Source of the DNA: Candidatus Dojkabacteria bacterium
GTDB lineage: Bacteria; Patescibacteriota; Dojkabacteria; SC72
Length of the DNA stretch: 64,000 nt
Direction of reading: 5' to 3'
Assembly: GCA_050950165.1 (NCBI GenBank)
Contig: JBMNHC010000001.1
Coordinates: 593,073 to 657,072, forward strand
The notes beneath the pieces were generated by a model. The model saw nothing but the letters and a program-made list of their open reading frames with translations, ran no database searches and was not told the origin of the DNA. The position numbers were made by a program, and so were the translations under genes. The stretch's first letter is position 1, and every line of letters begins with the position of its first letter. Positions 29,892 through 39,941 of the stretch are shown here, in pieces.

Positions 29892-31055
29892 TTAAAAACT
29901 ATTCAATATATCTTGAACTATTGTAGAGCTAGCATTAGTAGGAAAGAGTTCTTCTAGTTTCTTATATGATATCTCTCTTAGTGCAAGTTGTTCTTCAAAC
30001 CTTTCTAACTCATATGAGAGGTTAACCTCATCTAGATATTTCTCCTCTAGTATCTTGGCAGTACCTATATTTTCTAATACTTTTGCATTTAAATACTGCT
30101 CATTGTGTGTAACCCAAGGTATTGGGATAAAGAGAGCATTCTTTTTTAGTACCCCTATTTCATACACAGTATTTGCTCCAGATCTTCCCAAAAACATATC
30201 CATATTATTCAATACATACCCTATGGTATCTCTATCAATATATTCAATGGGAAGGAAGCTATTTCTTTTGTTTTCTTCTAAATTCTTGTGTATCTCTTTT
30301 GCTAAATTGTAATCCTCTGATTGTTTCTGTTTTCCTGTTTGAAGTAAAACAGTATATCTTTCTAACAGAGAGTCTAGATCAGAGAGTACCTTTTTATTAA
30401 TCTTATGTGAGCCTAAACTACCTCCAGAGATGTAAAGTAGAGGCTTCTTCCTATTCTCTACAAGAGAGAGAACCTCTCTGTTTGTATTAGGGGTAGGTTC
30501 CTTTCTTAGAATCTCTCTCCTTATTATATTCCCTACATGTACAGTCTTTCTCTTATTAAAATATCTCTCTGAATCTTTAAAAGCGATGTATATCTTTTTA
30601 GCTACTTTACTCACTATTTTATTCGAAAGACCAACTGCAGTTGTTTGTTCATGAAGAAAGATTGGAATATTTCTAAGCCATGCTACTATACAGATTGGTA
30701 CTGATACAAAACCTCCTGTAGAGATAACTATCGAAGGTTTCTCTTTTCTAAGTATCCTGTTTGCATCTAGAAATCCAAGTACAACTCTAAGAAGAGGTTT
30801 AACTGATCTAAGAGAGAATCTCCTTTGTAATTTACCTGCTCTAATGAAGAGGACTTTAAAATCCTTTCCAACCATCTCTCGTTGCTCAATGGAGTTACCG
30901 TATGCATCTCCCTCCATCCCTAAATCTCCTCCAACATATGTAATATTCTCTTTTGGAAATCTGTACTCGTGAATTAAACACTCTATTAGAGTATTAGCAC
31001 TAAAGAGATGCCCACCACTTCCTCCACCTGTAATTAATATTTTTTTACTGTTCAT
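29892..31055 (-). CDS. murG: Lipid II GlcNAc transferase MurG
   Basis: TGGGSGGH, GKLQR, TGGFVSVP, HEQ, GGSLG, RSGANT, EQYLNA; start taken at ATG 31055. Confidence 0.94.
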   Translation of the reverse strand: MNSKKILITGGGSGGHLFSANTLIECLIHEYRFPKENITYVGGDLGMEGDAYGNSIEQREMVGKDFKVLFIRAGKLQRRFSLRSVKPLLRVVLGFLDANRILRKEKPSIVISTGGFVSVPICIVAWLRNIPIFLHEQTTAVGLSNKIVSKVAKKIYIAFKDSERYFNKRKTVHVGNIIRREILRKEPTPNTNREVLSLVENRKKPLLYISGGSLGSHKINKKVLSDLDSLLERYTVLLQTGKQKQSEDYNLAKEIHKNLEENKRNSFLPIEYIDRDTIGYVLNNMDMFLGRSGANTVYEIGVLKKNALFIPIPWVTHNEQYLNAKVLENIGTAKILEEKYLDEVNLSYELERFEEQLALREISYKKLEELFPTNASSTIVQDILNSF

Positions 31056-32232
31056 TCTTTCTAAATCTACTAACATTTAGAAGTAATCCGAATGCCATCA
31101 TTACCACTATTGTACTAGAACCGCCGTATGTTAGGAATGGTAGTGGAATTCCTGAAAGAGGGAGTAATCCTACATTGCCTGCCATATTAAAAAAAGCTTG
31201 GCATGTTAACCATATGGTTATTCCTGTTGCAAGTAGTTGCCCTTCCCTATCTATTGCATTCTTTGCAATCCTAAATCCTCTCCAGAGAAAAAAGATCCAA
31301 GAGAATATTAATATTGCTCCTCCCCAAAGTCCTAACTCTTCTAGAATTACAGCGAAGATGGAATCTGTAAATGCTGTATTTTCTACTAGATATCCAAATC
31401 GTTGCCTAGATTGACCAAAACCTTTACCCCACAAACCTCCCGATCCTATCCCTATCAATATCTGTTGCATCTGATATCCACTAGCTTTAATGTCAGTTAC
31501 CTCTCCTGTTAACATCAAATTAAGAAATGTTTGTATTCTACTTAGTCTGTACGGCTCTAATATTGCAGCTAGTATACCAAGGGGTAGTAGTAAGAAAAGA
31601 ATACCAATTGAGCCTACAGTATGTGCTCTGTCTTGTCCTGATACAAAGAACATTCCAAATGCAGTAACAAAGATAATCATGGTAGTTCCTAAATCAGGCT
31701 CTAGAAGGATGAGAAATGCAACACTACCTAATATTGCAAGAAACCCTAGTAGATTTTTAGCAAAGCCTTTTTTTAGAGAATCTTCAAATTTAGAATATTG
31801 ATGCTTCTGTTTTGCTAACCAACTGGAAAGGTAAAGAATAATTACTATCTTTGCAAATTCTGCTGGTTGTATTTGTGGAAGCTCCCCTATCTGAAACCAT
31901 CTTTTTGATCCATTAATATCTTCTCCAAATGCTAATACCAGAATTAATAGTACAATGATTCCTATTAACGCAGGTAGAGATAGTTTTAATAGTTTTCTGT
32001 AATCAATCCAGTAAAGTATAAAGGCGGGGATAGTTCCAAGAAGTATCCATAGTAGTTGTAATTTAAGAAAATGAAATTGATCATTAAATGCTTGATTAGC
32101 TTGATATACACTAGCGTCATATATCATGATGGCTCCAAAGATAGCCATTATGAAAAGGAAAATCAGAATGGATCTGTCTGGTTTTCGTAATGAGTTTTTT
32201 GTTGATCTTTTTTTTACTGTTTTCCTCGACAT
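31045..32232 (-). CDS. ftsW: SEDS family peptidoglycan polymerase FtsW
   Basis: NGSKRW, QPAEFAK, EPDLGT, GYQ, TDSIFAVILEELG, GIPLPFLTYGGSS. Confidence 0.93.
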   Translation of the reverse strand: MSRKTVKKRSTKNSLRKPDRSILIFLFIMAIFGAIMIYDASVYQANQAFNDQFHFLKLQLLWILLGTIPAFILYWIDYRKLLKLSLPALIGIIVLLILVLAFGEDINGSKRWFQIGELPQIQPAEFAKIVIILYLSSWLAKQKHQYSKFEDSLKKGFAKNLLGFLAILGSVAFLILLEPDLGTTMIIFVTAFGMFFVSGQDRAHTVGSIGILFLLLPLGILAAILEPYRLSRIQTFLNLMLTGEVTDIKASGYQMQQILIGIGSGGLWGKGFGQSRQRFGYLVENTAFTDSIFAVILEELGLWGGAILIFSWIFFLWRGFRIAKNAIDREGQLLATGITIWLTCQAFFNMAGNVGLLPLSGIPLPFLTYGGSSTIVVMMAFGLLLNVSRFRKNEQ

Positions 32233-32264
32233 TGTACGTGTACTAATATACTATATATTGTAGT

Positions 32265-32864
32265 ATGAAACAAAAGAAAGAAAAACTTCTTCTTGTAGTT
32301 GGTGGACCAGGTAGTTCTGGTAGTTCTACAATATCTAAGATGTTAGCTAAGCATTTTGGATTACCTCGAATATATGCAGGTGATCTTTTTAGAAAGAGAG
32401 CTAGGCAACAAGATATTGATTCATTTGAAGAGTTTTTACAGGAGATCTCTCATGGTGGAAATAGCTTGGATTTAGAGATAGATAAGTTGCTTTTTGAGTA
32501 TGCTAAGGAGGGTAATGTGTTAATAGAGAGTAAGATATTTGGAGCATTAGCAAAGCGAGAGGTAATAGATTGTACTGCAACCATATGGCTTGATAGTGAT
32601 TTAGATACTAGAGTTAAAAGGAGATTACAGAAAGAGGGGATAAAGGGTATTAGGGCTTTCTTTAAAAAATCTAGAATTAGAAGAGATTTAAAGAAGAGAT
32701 ATGTGATAGATAAGGAGAAGTATACTAGATTGTATAATATTAGATATGACGCTCCCTATCTTTACTATGATATTGTACTAGATACCTCTAAGTTAAATGA
32801 AGAGGAGACATTTAATTTAATTTTGAGGGAATTAGAGAATGGACGATATATTACAAAACAGTAG
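32265..32864 (+). CDS. Cytidylate kinase-like protein (archaeal/AAA_17 type)
   Basis: GGPGSSGSST P-loop, AGDLFR, D.EID, R.KRR, Y.RLY, YDIVLDTS. Confidence 0.75.
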   Translation: MKQKKEKLLLVVGGPGSSGSSTISKMLAKHFGLPRIYAGDLFRKRARQQDIDSFEEFLQEISHGGNSLDLEIDKLLFEYAKEGNVLIESKIFGALAKREVIDCTATIWLDSDLDTRVKRRLQKEGIKGIRAFFKKSRIRRDLKKRYVIDKEKYTRLYNIRYDAPYLYYDIVLDTSKLNEEETFNLILRELENGRYITKQ

Positions 32865-33084
32865 TGGGGTACAAAGTGGTACTGGTGATCCTACAGAACA
32901 TGTAGATCCTAATCCTACAGATACTGTAGTTATGGATGATGAGTATAATCCTGAAGATTTAGATGATCGTTGGTTAAGATGGAAATGTCTTAGCTGTGGT
33001 TATCTATATGAGGGTGTAAAGGAACTTAAGAAGTGTCCTAGATGTGGTAATGAAAACCCTGATCTATTTGAAGATGCCGCCTAG
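32839..33084 (+). CDS. Small rubredoxin-like/zinc-ribbon protein
   Basis: Acidic N-terminus followed by WKCLSCGY.YEG.....KCPRCG. Confidence 0.75.
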   Translation: MDDILQNSSGVQSGTGDPTEHVDPNPTDTVVMDDEYNPEDLDDRWLRWKCLSCGYLYEGVKELKKCPRCGNENPDLFEDAA

Positions 33085-33122
33085 CCCAGCTAACCTATAA
33101 TATTCAAGTGGAAATGATAGAG

Positions 33123-33206
33123 TGCCGAGAGGGGGAATCGAACCCCCACTCTATTGCTAGAACGGGATTTTAAGTCCCGCGCGTCTGCCTATTCCGCCAT
33201 CTCGGC
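33123..33206 (-). tRNA. tRNA-Leu(TAA)
   Basis: GCCGAGA acceptor stem, CGGGA-CTTAAAA-TCCCG anticodon arm, long variable arm, GGTTCGATTCC; CCA not encoded. Confidence 0.95.
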
Positions 33207-33260
33207 CTAAGAACTAATTATATCCTATTTTGCCCCACTACACTATAAGTTAGCGGGGTG

Positions 33261-33333
33261 AGGTGACGACGGGAGTCGAACCCGTGATAGCGGTTTTGCA
33301 GACCGCGGCCTTAACCAACTTGGCTACGTCACC
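33261..33333 (-). tRNA. tRNA-Cys(GCA)
   Basis: GGTGACG acceptor stem, GCGGT-CTGCAAA-ACCGC anticodon arm, GGTTCGACTCC, U discriminator. Confidence 0.95.
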
Positions 33334-33336
33334 TTA

Positions 33337-34758
33337 CTATGCAATTATATCCTTTACTTTTGATATCTCCAAGATGGTATTTTGAGATTTATTTTTGATA
33401 GAACTGCCACTAATAATAGCAATTTTATCTTCTAAATCCAATTCCCCGTATGAATAAACAGTTTCTGTACAGCGAGATACGACCTTATCTCTATCTGTAG
33501 GAAATTTTTCTAGGTAGTAACTTTTTACTCCTCTAAGTAAAGAACTCTGTCTTATCTGTTTAATACTGTCTGTTATTTCCCAAATAGGGATATTTAGTCT
33601 ATGTCGTGAGAGACTTCTAACAGTTTTCCCAGTATTAGAGATAACAATTATACCCTTTAGATTAATCTTCTCACTTATATCGAATAAAGATCGACAAAGT
33701 TCATCAGTCTCTATACTAGCGTTTGTGTCTCCTAATATCTTTTGTGGTCTTAGAACATTCTCTACCCTTTGAGCTATCCTATTCATAACTTTAATAGCCT
33801 CCACTGGATATTTACCAGTAGAAGTCTCTGCCGAAAGCATTACAGCATCTGTTCCATCCATGATGGCATTAGCTACATCACTTACCTCTGCCCTTGTTGG
33901 TCTTTGACTCTCTCTCATACTCTCTAACATCTGTGTAGCAACAATTACTGGTTTACCAACACTCCTACATTTAAATACGATCTGTTTCTGAAAGATAGGA
34001 ACCTCTTCTAATGGTATTTCTACTCCCATATCTCCTCTTGCTATCATTACTCCATCTACATAGTTAATAATCTCATCAATATTCTCTAACCCCTCCCTAT
34101 TCTCAATCTTAGCAATCAACTTACAGTCTGTTTTACCCATTGTGTTTCTAATTAACACTACATCATGAATATTTCTAATGAAAGAAGCAGAGATATAGTC
34201 AAAATTATTCTCTACTGCAAACTTAATATCTCCTTTATCTTTTTCACTTAATGCAGGAAACGAAAGTATTGTATCTGGAATATTTACAGTTTTCTTAGGT
34301 TTTAATATTCCACCTCTCTCTACTATACAATGTACCTCCTTATTCCTAATATCTTCGACTCTTAACTCTAAATTACCATCATCTAGTAATATTCTAGAAT
34401 TTCTAGATATATCCTCATGTAAATTAGGATACGTTATTGATATCTGACCCTCTGAAAGAGAAGCTTTTTTCCCTAATACTTCTGGAACAACTACAACTCT
34501 TTCTTTCTCTTTTAGTTCTCTCTCTTTGGAAAAACCTGTCACTCTAATTTTGTGACCCTTTGTATCAAGCATAATTCCTACTCTAGGGGAGAGCTCTCTT
34601 ATCTGCTTAGAGACTCTTTCCAACTCTTCGAAATCTGCAAAGGAGGCATTTATTCTAGCAATATCCATGCCTTCTATAATCATCTCTTTTAGGATTGTAC
34701 TATCCCATGAAGATGGCCCTATTGTGGCAACTATTTTTGTCTTGGTAAATTCTTTCAT
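33337..34758 (-). CDS. pyk: Pyruvate kinase
   Basis: TKIVATIGP, IAKIEN, MIARGDMGVE, ATQMLESM, PTRAEVSDVANA, MLSAET. Confidence 0.97.
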   Translation of the reverse strand: MKEFTKTKIVATIGPSSWDSTILKEMIIEGMDIARINASFADFEELERVSKQIRELSPRVGIMLDTKGHKIRVTGFSKERELKEKERVVVVPEVLGKKASLSEGQISITYPNLHEDISRNSRILLDDGNLELRVEDIRNKEVHCIVERGGILKPKKTVNIPDTILSFPALSEKDKGDIKFAVENNFDYISASFIRNIHDVVLIRNTMGKTDCKLIAKIENREGLENIDEIINYVDGVMIARGDMGVEIPLEEVPIFQKQIVFKCRSVGKPVIVATQMLESMRESQRPTRAEVSDVANAIMDGTDAVMLSAETSTGKYPVEAIKVMNRIAQRVENVLRPQKILGDTNASIETDELCRSLFDISEKINLKGIIVISNTGKTVRSLSRHRLNIPIWEITDSIKQIRQSSLLRGVKSYYLEKFPTDRDKVVSRCTETVYSYGELDLEDKIAIISGSSIKNKSQNTILEISKVKDIIA

Positions 34759-34903
34759 ATGAGCAGTTATAGTTAAATATACACGAATTAGACTCTTTAG
34801 AACAAGTAATTTACTATCCTATATTAAATATTTCTACTTCTAGATTGCAAATATTACTTTAATATATGTAGAATGGTAGTTAATAATATTTAGATATGTA
34901 GTA

Positions 34904-35311
34904 ATGGTAAAGTTTATTAAAAACCTTATTCAATTCTTTCTTGTTTCATACTTTGTATTAACTATATTTAGGGGTGTAGAACTTCCTAGTAGTATTATCC
35001 ATACAGCAGTCTCACTCATATCTTTGTCACTAGGTACTATTGTTGCATCTTCTATTATTAAATTCCTTACTATTAAAGAGAATTTCATTACATTCTTTCT
35101 TATGTCCTCTTTACTTTCTGCAGGGATACTGTTTCTTTTAAATACCTTTATGACAGATTTTTATATTAATGAATATACTTTTGAAGGTTTAGAAATGGGG
35201 TCATTGATTGTTAATAGCTTTGAAGTATCCCCCATATTAACTATTGTTTTCTGTGCTATCTCAAGTTCTTTCATTGCTTCTATATTGCGTACTCTTGAGA
35301 AAAGTGCTTAA
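34904..35311 (+). CDS. 4-TM membrane protein (phage-holin family IV/DUF360-like)
   Basis: Four hydrophobic segments with IKFLTIKENFIT resembling the family's LTLP.NILT motif. Confidence 0.5.
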   Translation: MVKFIKNLIQFFLVSYFVLTIFRGVELPSSIIHTAVSLISLSLGTIVASSIIKFLTIKENFITFFLMSSLLSAGILFLLNTFMTDFYINEYTFEGLEMGSLIVNSFEVSPILTIVFCAISSSFIASILRTLEKSA

Positions 35312-35329
35312 TATTGTATAATTCTACTC

Positions 35330-35560
35330 ATGAATCCTATATTACAAAATATTCTCTTTTATACTCAAATTGTAGTATGTGTCCTTATAGTAGTTTCTGT
35401 ACTACTTCAGAATAGGGCGGAAGGTTTAGGAAAGATGTTTGGGGGAGGAGGAGAAGTATTTAGAACTAAGAGGGGTTTTGAAAAATTCCTGTACTACTTC
35501 ACTATATTTCTAACCTTAGTTCTTGTTGCTATCTCTTTGGTATTAGTTAAATATTCTTAA
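35330..35560 (+). CDS. secG: Preprotein translocase subunit SecG
   Basis: VLLQ....GLG.MFGG....F.TKRG.EK.L; two TM segments. Confidence 0.93.
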   Translation: MNPILQNILFYTQIVVCVLIVVSVLLQNRAEGLGKMFGGGGEVFRTKRGFEKFLYYFTIFLTLVLVAISLVLVKYS

Positions 35561-35563
35561 TAG

Positions 35564-37345
35564 ATGGTTAAGAAAGAACAGGACTCTAGTAAAGCTAAGG
35601 GGCAGAAACTTTCTATGAAAGAAGCTTTTGAACTTCTTAAGCCTGCTTCTGTTATTAAAACAGGTGTAGAAAAGAAAGAGCCTATTACCTTTAGAGATTG
35701 GGTTTGGAACTATCCTAAAAACATTTTAACTTTCTTTTCTAAGACTGCTCCACTAAGCTTTATTCTACTGTTCATTCTTTTTGGTGTTGCTATGTTCTCT
35801 ATTCTAAGAAGTGATGCTTTTGCAGATGTATTTAATACTAAAAAAACTTCTGTATTTGTAGAGGGTAGTGTAGGTGCTGTATCTTCTTTTAATCCTCTCT
35901 TTATCTCACAGAGTACGGTGGATAGTGATATACATGCTCTTGTTTTTGAGAAGTTTATAGATATTTCTAAAGAAGGTTTACCTGTTGGGAATATAGCGGA
36001 GAGTTGGAATGTATCAAGTAATGGAAAGATATATGAGTTTACAATATCTCTAAAGCATAAATGGCAGGATGGTGAAGATTTAACTTTAGATGATGTAATA
36101 TTTACTTTTGAAACAGCTAAGACACTATCTAAGAGTCATGGATATGATACAGTAGGATCGGCTCTTTTAGATGTAGAGATAGAGAAGTTATCAAAGGAAA
36201 AAATTAGATTTGTACTACCAGAAAGTAATGGAACTTTCTTTGAGGTTGTATCTACATATATTGTTCCTAAGCATATATTAGGAGAGGTGCCTATCAATGA
36301 TATACCTTTTAACTCTTTTGCAAGATATCCTATCGGTTCTGGTCCATATATGGTGACGCGATCAGAGCCTAATGTTGTGTATCTTAAGGCTTCTGATTAC
36401 TATACAGTTAAACCTAAGATAGATACGATAATATATAGGTTGTATTCTGATGATAGTGGTTTAGAAGCTGCATTCAGAAATGGAGTTTTAGATGGTATTG
36501 GGGGAGTAAATATTGATGCTATGTCTTTTGTTTCAGAGTATCCCAACTATGTAGAGCACGAGGTTACTCTCTATCCTAGAATTAGAATGATATTTTTTAA
36601 TACTAGGAAGGAGAAGTTAGAAAACAAGGATATTAGAATTGGACTTAGTCATTTGGTGGATAAGGAAGAGCTTCTTAGAAGAGCAAAAATATCCGGATTA
36701 GTTGCATATAGTCCTGTTTCTCCTACCTCTTGGGCATACAATAGTGATGTAGTTAAGTATGAATATGATGTAGCAAAAGCTAGTGAGCATTTTAAAAAGA
36801 TTGGGTTTGTAAAGAATGAAAACAGTGGGTACTTTGAGAGTGAGGATAGGAAGATATTGAGTTTTACTCTTAGTTATTTTAATAATGATTTTAACTCCAA
36901 ATTAGCAGAGGAGTTTAAGGAGTTACTTAGAGAGCAAGGGGTTGTTATCAATTTAGAGCCTTTAACATATACACAGTTAACTCAAGAGATTGTAGCTACT
37001 AGAGACTTTGAACTATTAATGTATGAATTTGCAACAACCATAGATCCAGATCAGTACAATATGTGGCACTCTCTAAAGAGTAACTATCCAGATCTTAACC
37101 TCTCTGGGTATGGATATGAGAGGGTTGATATTTTACTGGAAGAAGCAAGAAGAAGTATTGATCAAAAATCTAGAAAAGAGAAATATATACTCTTCCAAAA
37201 ATACTTAACACAAGATGTCCCTGCTCTCTTTCTCTATCATCCTAATTACAGATATGTTGTAAGAGAGGGTATAGATATTGGGGATATTAGCGATATACTC
37301 TATCCATATCAGAGATTTGAGGATGTAGCATATTGGGATAAATAG
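35564..37345 (+). CDS. ABC transporter substrate-binding protein, family 5 (peptide/nickel)
   Basis: TM anchor; FNPL, IAESW, WQDGE.LT.DDV.FT, PIGSGPY, DPDQY..WHS, D.PALFLY. Confidence 0.9.
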   Translation: MVKKEQDSSKAKGQKLSMKEAFELLKPASVIKTGVEKKEPITFRDWVWNYPKNILTFFSKTAPLSFILLFILFGVAMFSILRSDAFADVFNTKKTSVFVEGSVGAVSSFNPLFISQSTVDSDIHALVFEKFIDISKEGLPVGNIAESWNVSSNGKIYEFTISLKHKWQDGEDLTLDDVIFTFETAKTLSKSHGYDTVGSALLDVEIEKLSKEKIRFVLPESNGTFFEVVSTYIVPKHILGEVPINDIPFNSFARYPIGSGPYMVTRSEPNVVYLKASDYYTVKPKIDTIIYRLYSDDSGLEAAFRNGVLDGIGGVNIDAMSFVSEYPNYVEHEVTLYPRIRMIFFNTRKEKLENKDIRIGLSHLVDKEELLRRAKISGLVAYSPVSPTSWAYNSDVVKYEYDVAKASEHFKKIGFVKNENSGYFESEDRKILSFTLSYFNNDFNSKLAEEFKELLREQGVVINLEPLTYTQLTQEIVATRDFELLMYEFATTIDPDQYNMWHSLKSNYPDLNLSGYGYERVDILLEEARRSIDQKSRKEKYILFQKYLTQDVPALFLYHPNYRYVVREGIDIGDISDILYPYQRFEDVAYWDK

Positions 37346-37348
37346 ACT

Positions 37349-37431
37349 TGCCAGAAGGGGGAGTTGAACCCCCACCCAACTGCTTGGACTACGTTCTGAA
37401 CGTAGCGTGTCTGCCATTCCACCATTCTGGC
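37349..37431 (-). tRNA. tRNA-Leu(CAG)
   Basis: GCCAGAA acceptor stem, CTACG-TTCAGAA-CGTAG anticodon arm, long variable arm, GGTTCAACTCC. Confidence 0.95.
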
Positions 37432-37436
37432 CAATA

Positions 37437-38564
37437 TTAATCCTTCTTACTTGTCAGGGATATTTTAATAGACTTGTTAATCTGAGGAGATGGCTTCTCT
37501 TTTCCTTTCTTGTCATCAGGATCTATCTCTTTATACTCTTTTAAAAACTCTTCCTTTGATACAACCCTATCTTTACTCTCTTTCTTTTCTTCCTTTTTAC
37601 TCTCTCCTTTCTGCTCAAAGAGTTCTCTTAAGGTTTTCTCTTTGTTAGGATTTTTATTCTCTCTAATCTTCTCTTCTATCTTCTTTGTAGTTGGATCACT
37701 TCCTTTTTTCGTTCCAAAAACTGATCTAAACAGAAGAGTTAGTAAGATTCCTAAAACAAAAGGAATAGCTAAAAGATAGAGTAAGTCAATATTGTTTAAT
37801 ATGGTATCCTGAATATCACTTTTTATGAGAGTATCCAGAGAGAAATATATCTTTTGATTGGATGTATCACTTGTCAGTGAAGAGTTCTCTCCTACCTCAA
37901 ATATTGTAGGTTCAGATATCTCACTAGTAAAACCATTCTTTCTAGTTAAACCTATTAACGTATATATTCCCTCTGCAAGAGAATCCTGTGGAGTAATCTC
38001 TGTACTCCATGAGCCAGTAGAATCTATATCTACAATCTCTGTGTGATTAAAAGTGTTAGAGGTTAGAAAAAGAATAACTTCGGAGTTAGCAAGACCATTT
38101 CCAGAGAGGGAAATAACGCCATCTTTTACAACAGGAGTTTTAAAAATTGGAGATCTAGGAAGAACAATAATTGTATATTCTAGTGTCTGAACATTATCAT
38201 CCTTATCATTAAATCTAAATCTTAGTTTATGTTCACCAATACCTAAGGAAGGTAAAGAGTAAGGACTTGTTATTACTTCAAAAGCTTTACCATCTATCTC
38301 TATCTCTACTCCCTTCTTACTAGGAGAAGGATCTGTAAATGTTATTGTATAGCTAGGATTATCAGTATAGAAAGGGATAGTAAAGCCCAATTGATTTTCG
38401 ATCTGCTCTTTTCTATTTTTCTCTATCTGATCTAATTGATTTATCTCTTCTGCTTTAACTTGAGAAGGAGCAAAGAGTTCTGAGAGAGTAATATCTTTCT
38501 GTTGTGCATAACTAACTATTGGAAAGAGAGAGAGTATTAAGATTGATAGTAATATCTTTTTCAT
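37437..38564 (-). CDS. Secreted/membrane protein with Ig-like domains, a TM and a charged cytoplasmic tail
   Basis: Signal peptide (..VSYA), beta-rich LGIGEHKL and G.GLANSEV..GSWS segments, TM near aa 260. Confidence 0.6.
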   Translation of the reverse strand: MKKILLSILILSLFPIVSYAQQKDITLSELFAPSQVKAEEINQLDQIEKNRKEQIENQLGFTIPFYTDNPSYTITFTDPSPSKKGVEIEIDGKAFEVITSPYSLPSLGIGEHKLRFRFNDKDDNVQTLEYTIIVLPRSPIFKTPVVKDGVISLSGNGLANSEVILFLTSNTFNHTEIVDIDSTGSWSTEITPQDSLAEGIYTLIGLTRKNGFTSEISEPTIFEVGENSSLTSDTSNQKIYFSLDTLIKSDIQDTILNNIDLLYLLAIPFVLGILLTLLFRSVFGTKKGSDPTTKKIEEKIRENKNPNKEKTLRELFEQKGESKKEEKKESKDRVVSKEEFLKEYKEIDPDDKKGKEKPSPQINKSIKISLTSKKD

Positions 38565-38623
38565 TATTAAAGCAGTATTAGTTTAAACATTCTATTTATT
38601 TTATACGGAAATAGAAAAAGTTT

Positions 38624-39112
38624 CTAGTCAATCAATTTGTCTGTAAAAAGAATACCCTCTAAATGGTCATACTCATGCAATATCTCTCTAGCTTCCCAGT
38701 TTGAAAATATACCCTTCTCTTTTTTACCATCTCTGTTTAAATACTGAACCTTAATCTTTTTTACCCTTGCAACATTACCTACTCTATTTGGAATACTTAG
38801 ACATGCTTCTTTGTCTATAATTAGTTCGTCTTTAATTACCTTTATCTTAGGGTTAATCATTACTTTAAACCCTCCATCTTCATTTAATATACAGAAAGCT
38901 CTAATATCTTTTCCTGCTTGTATAGCAGCTAGTCCTGCTACTCTATACCCTTCTTCTGTTTCTGTATTTTTAGCAGTATGTATTAAATCATCCAGAAAGG
39001 ATTGGAAAGTACTAGATTCAATCTCCTCTTTGGAGACTTCTTTTGAGACCTTTCTTAATATCTTAAGGTCCTGCTTATTATCTACTTGTAATATCTTTAA
39101 CATTTTTGCCAT
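38624..39112 (-). CDS. def: Peptide deformylase
   Basis: GLAAIQ, EACLS, HEYDH. Confidence 0.95.
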   Translation of the reverse strand: MAKMLKILQVDNKQDLKILRKVSKEVSKEEIESSTFQSFLDDLIHTAKNTETEEGYRVAGLAAIQAGKDIRAFCILNEDGGFKVMINPKIKVIKDELIIDKEACLSIPNRVGNVARVKKIKVQYLNRDGKKEKGIFSNWEAREILHEYDHLEGILFTDKLID

Positions 39113-39142
39113 CTTGCAATTATATCACAGTAGAGGCTTTTT

Positions 39143-39856
39143 TCAGAAAGTAGAGAGCTCTTCTATACTCTTAATCTGCTTAATACCCTTATCTTTAATA
39201 TCTAGGGATGCTTTGTTAATAAATATGAGGTGTTTAATACCAGCTTTTTTAGCAGAGAGGATATCATCTTCGTAGTTATCTCCTATTACAAGAGTTTTTG
39301 TTAGATCAAAGTTAAACTTTTTTATAGCTTTACTCCAGTTATCACTACTCTTCTTTTCGTTAATTAGAGAAGAATATTTAGGTATCTTTATCTTTATTCC
39401 ATACTTGTTAAGAAGCTCTTTCTCAATATATTTAACCTTTATATCTGTCCATTCAGGTTGAGCATGAGAGTGGATAGCGATAGAGATTCCCCTATCAATG
39501 AATCTTTTTATTACATCAATAGAGTCTGGATGTAGCTTTGGAGATTGGTTATAGAACTTCTTACTCTTTTCTTCTATGAATTTCTTTATATCTGAATCTA
39601 AATTATTGCTATATATATTTTTAATAGCTGCTATTATCAGATCGTCTATTAATAGGGGCTTTTTCTCTCTTTTATATATCTGTACAGCTTCTAGGTATAT
39701 CTCTTCTACTTTTTTGCTATTACTCTCTCCTTCAAATTTTTTAATAGCATACTCTGCCATTTCAATCATGTTCTCTTTGTAGTAGAGAGATGTTTGAAAG
39801 AGAGTATCATCTAAATCAAATATTACGGCTTTAATATTATCTCTATTAATTTGCAT
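39143..39856 (-). CDS. HAD-superfamily hydrolase
   Basis: FDLDDTL, IGDNYEDDI.SAKKAG. Confidence 0.9.
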   Translation of the reverse strand: MQINRDNIKAVIFDLDDTLFQTSLYYKENMIEMAEYAIKKFEGESNSKKVEEIYLEAVQIYKREKKPLLIDDLIIAAIKNIYSNNLDSDIKKFIEEKSKKFYNQSPKLHPDSIDVIKRFIDRGISIAIHSHAQPEWTDIKVKYIEKELLNKYGIKIKIPKYSSLINEKKSSDNWSKAIKKFNFDLTKTLVIGDNYEDDILSAKKAGIKHLIFINKASLDIKDKGIKQIKSIEELSTF

Positions 39857-39941
39857 GGATATATTCTATCCTAAATATCTTTTTAAGTGCAAAGAGTCAC
39901 TTGTTATGTTAATATTTAGTATAACTTGTTAGGAAAAACAT

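Noticed and set aside
34904-35311. Holin-like membrane protein as evidence of a prophage
   Set aside because: No integrase, capsid, terminase or lysin nearby; it sits among core genes pyk and secG
37205-37417. 70-aa minus-strand ORF in the ORF track
   Set aside because: Overlaps tRNA-Leu(CAG) and the antisense of the SBP gene; spurious
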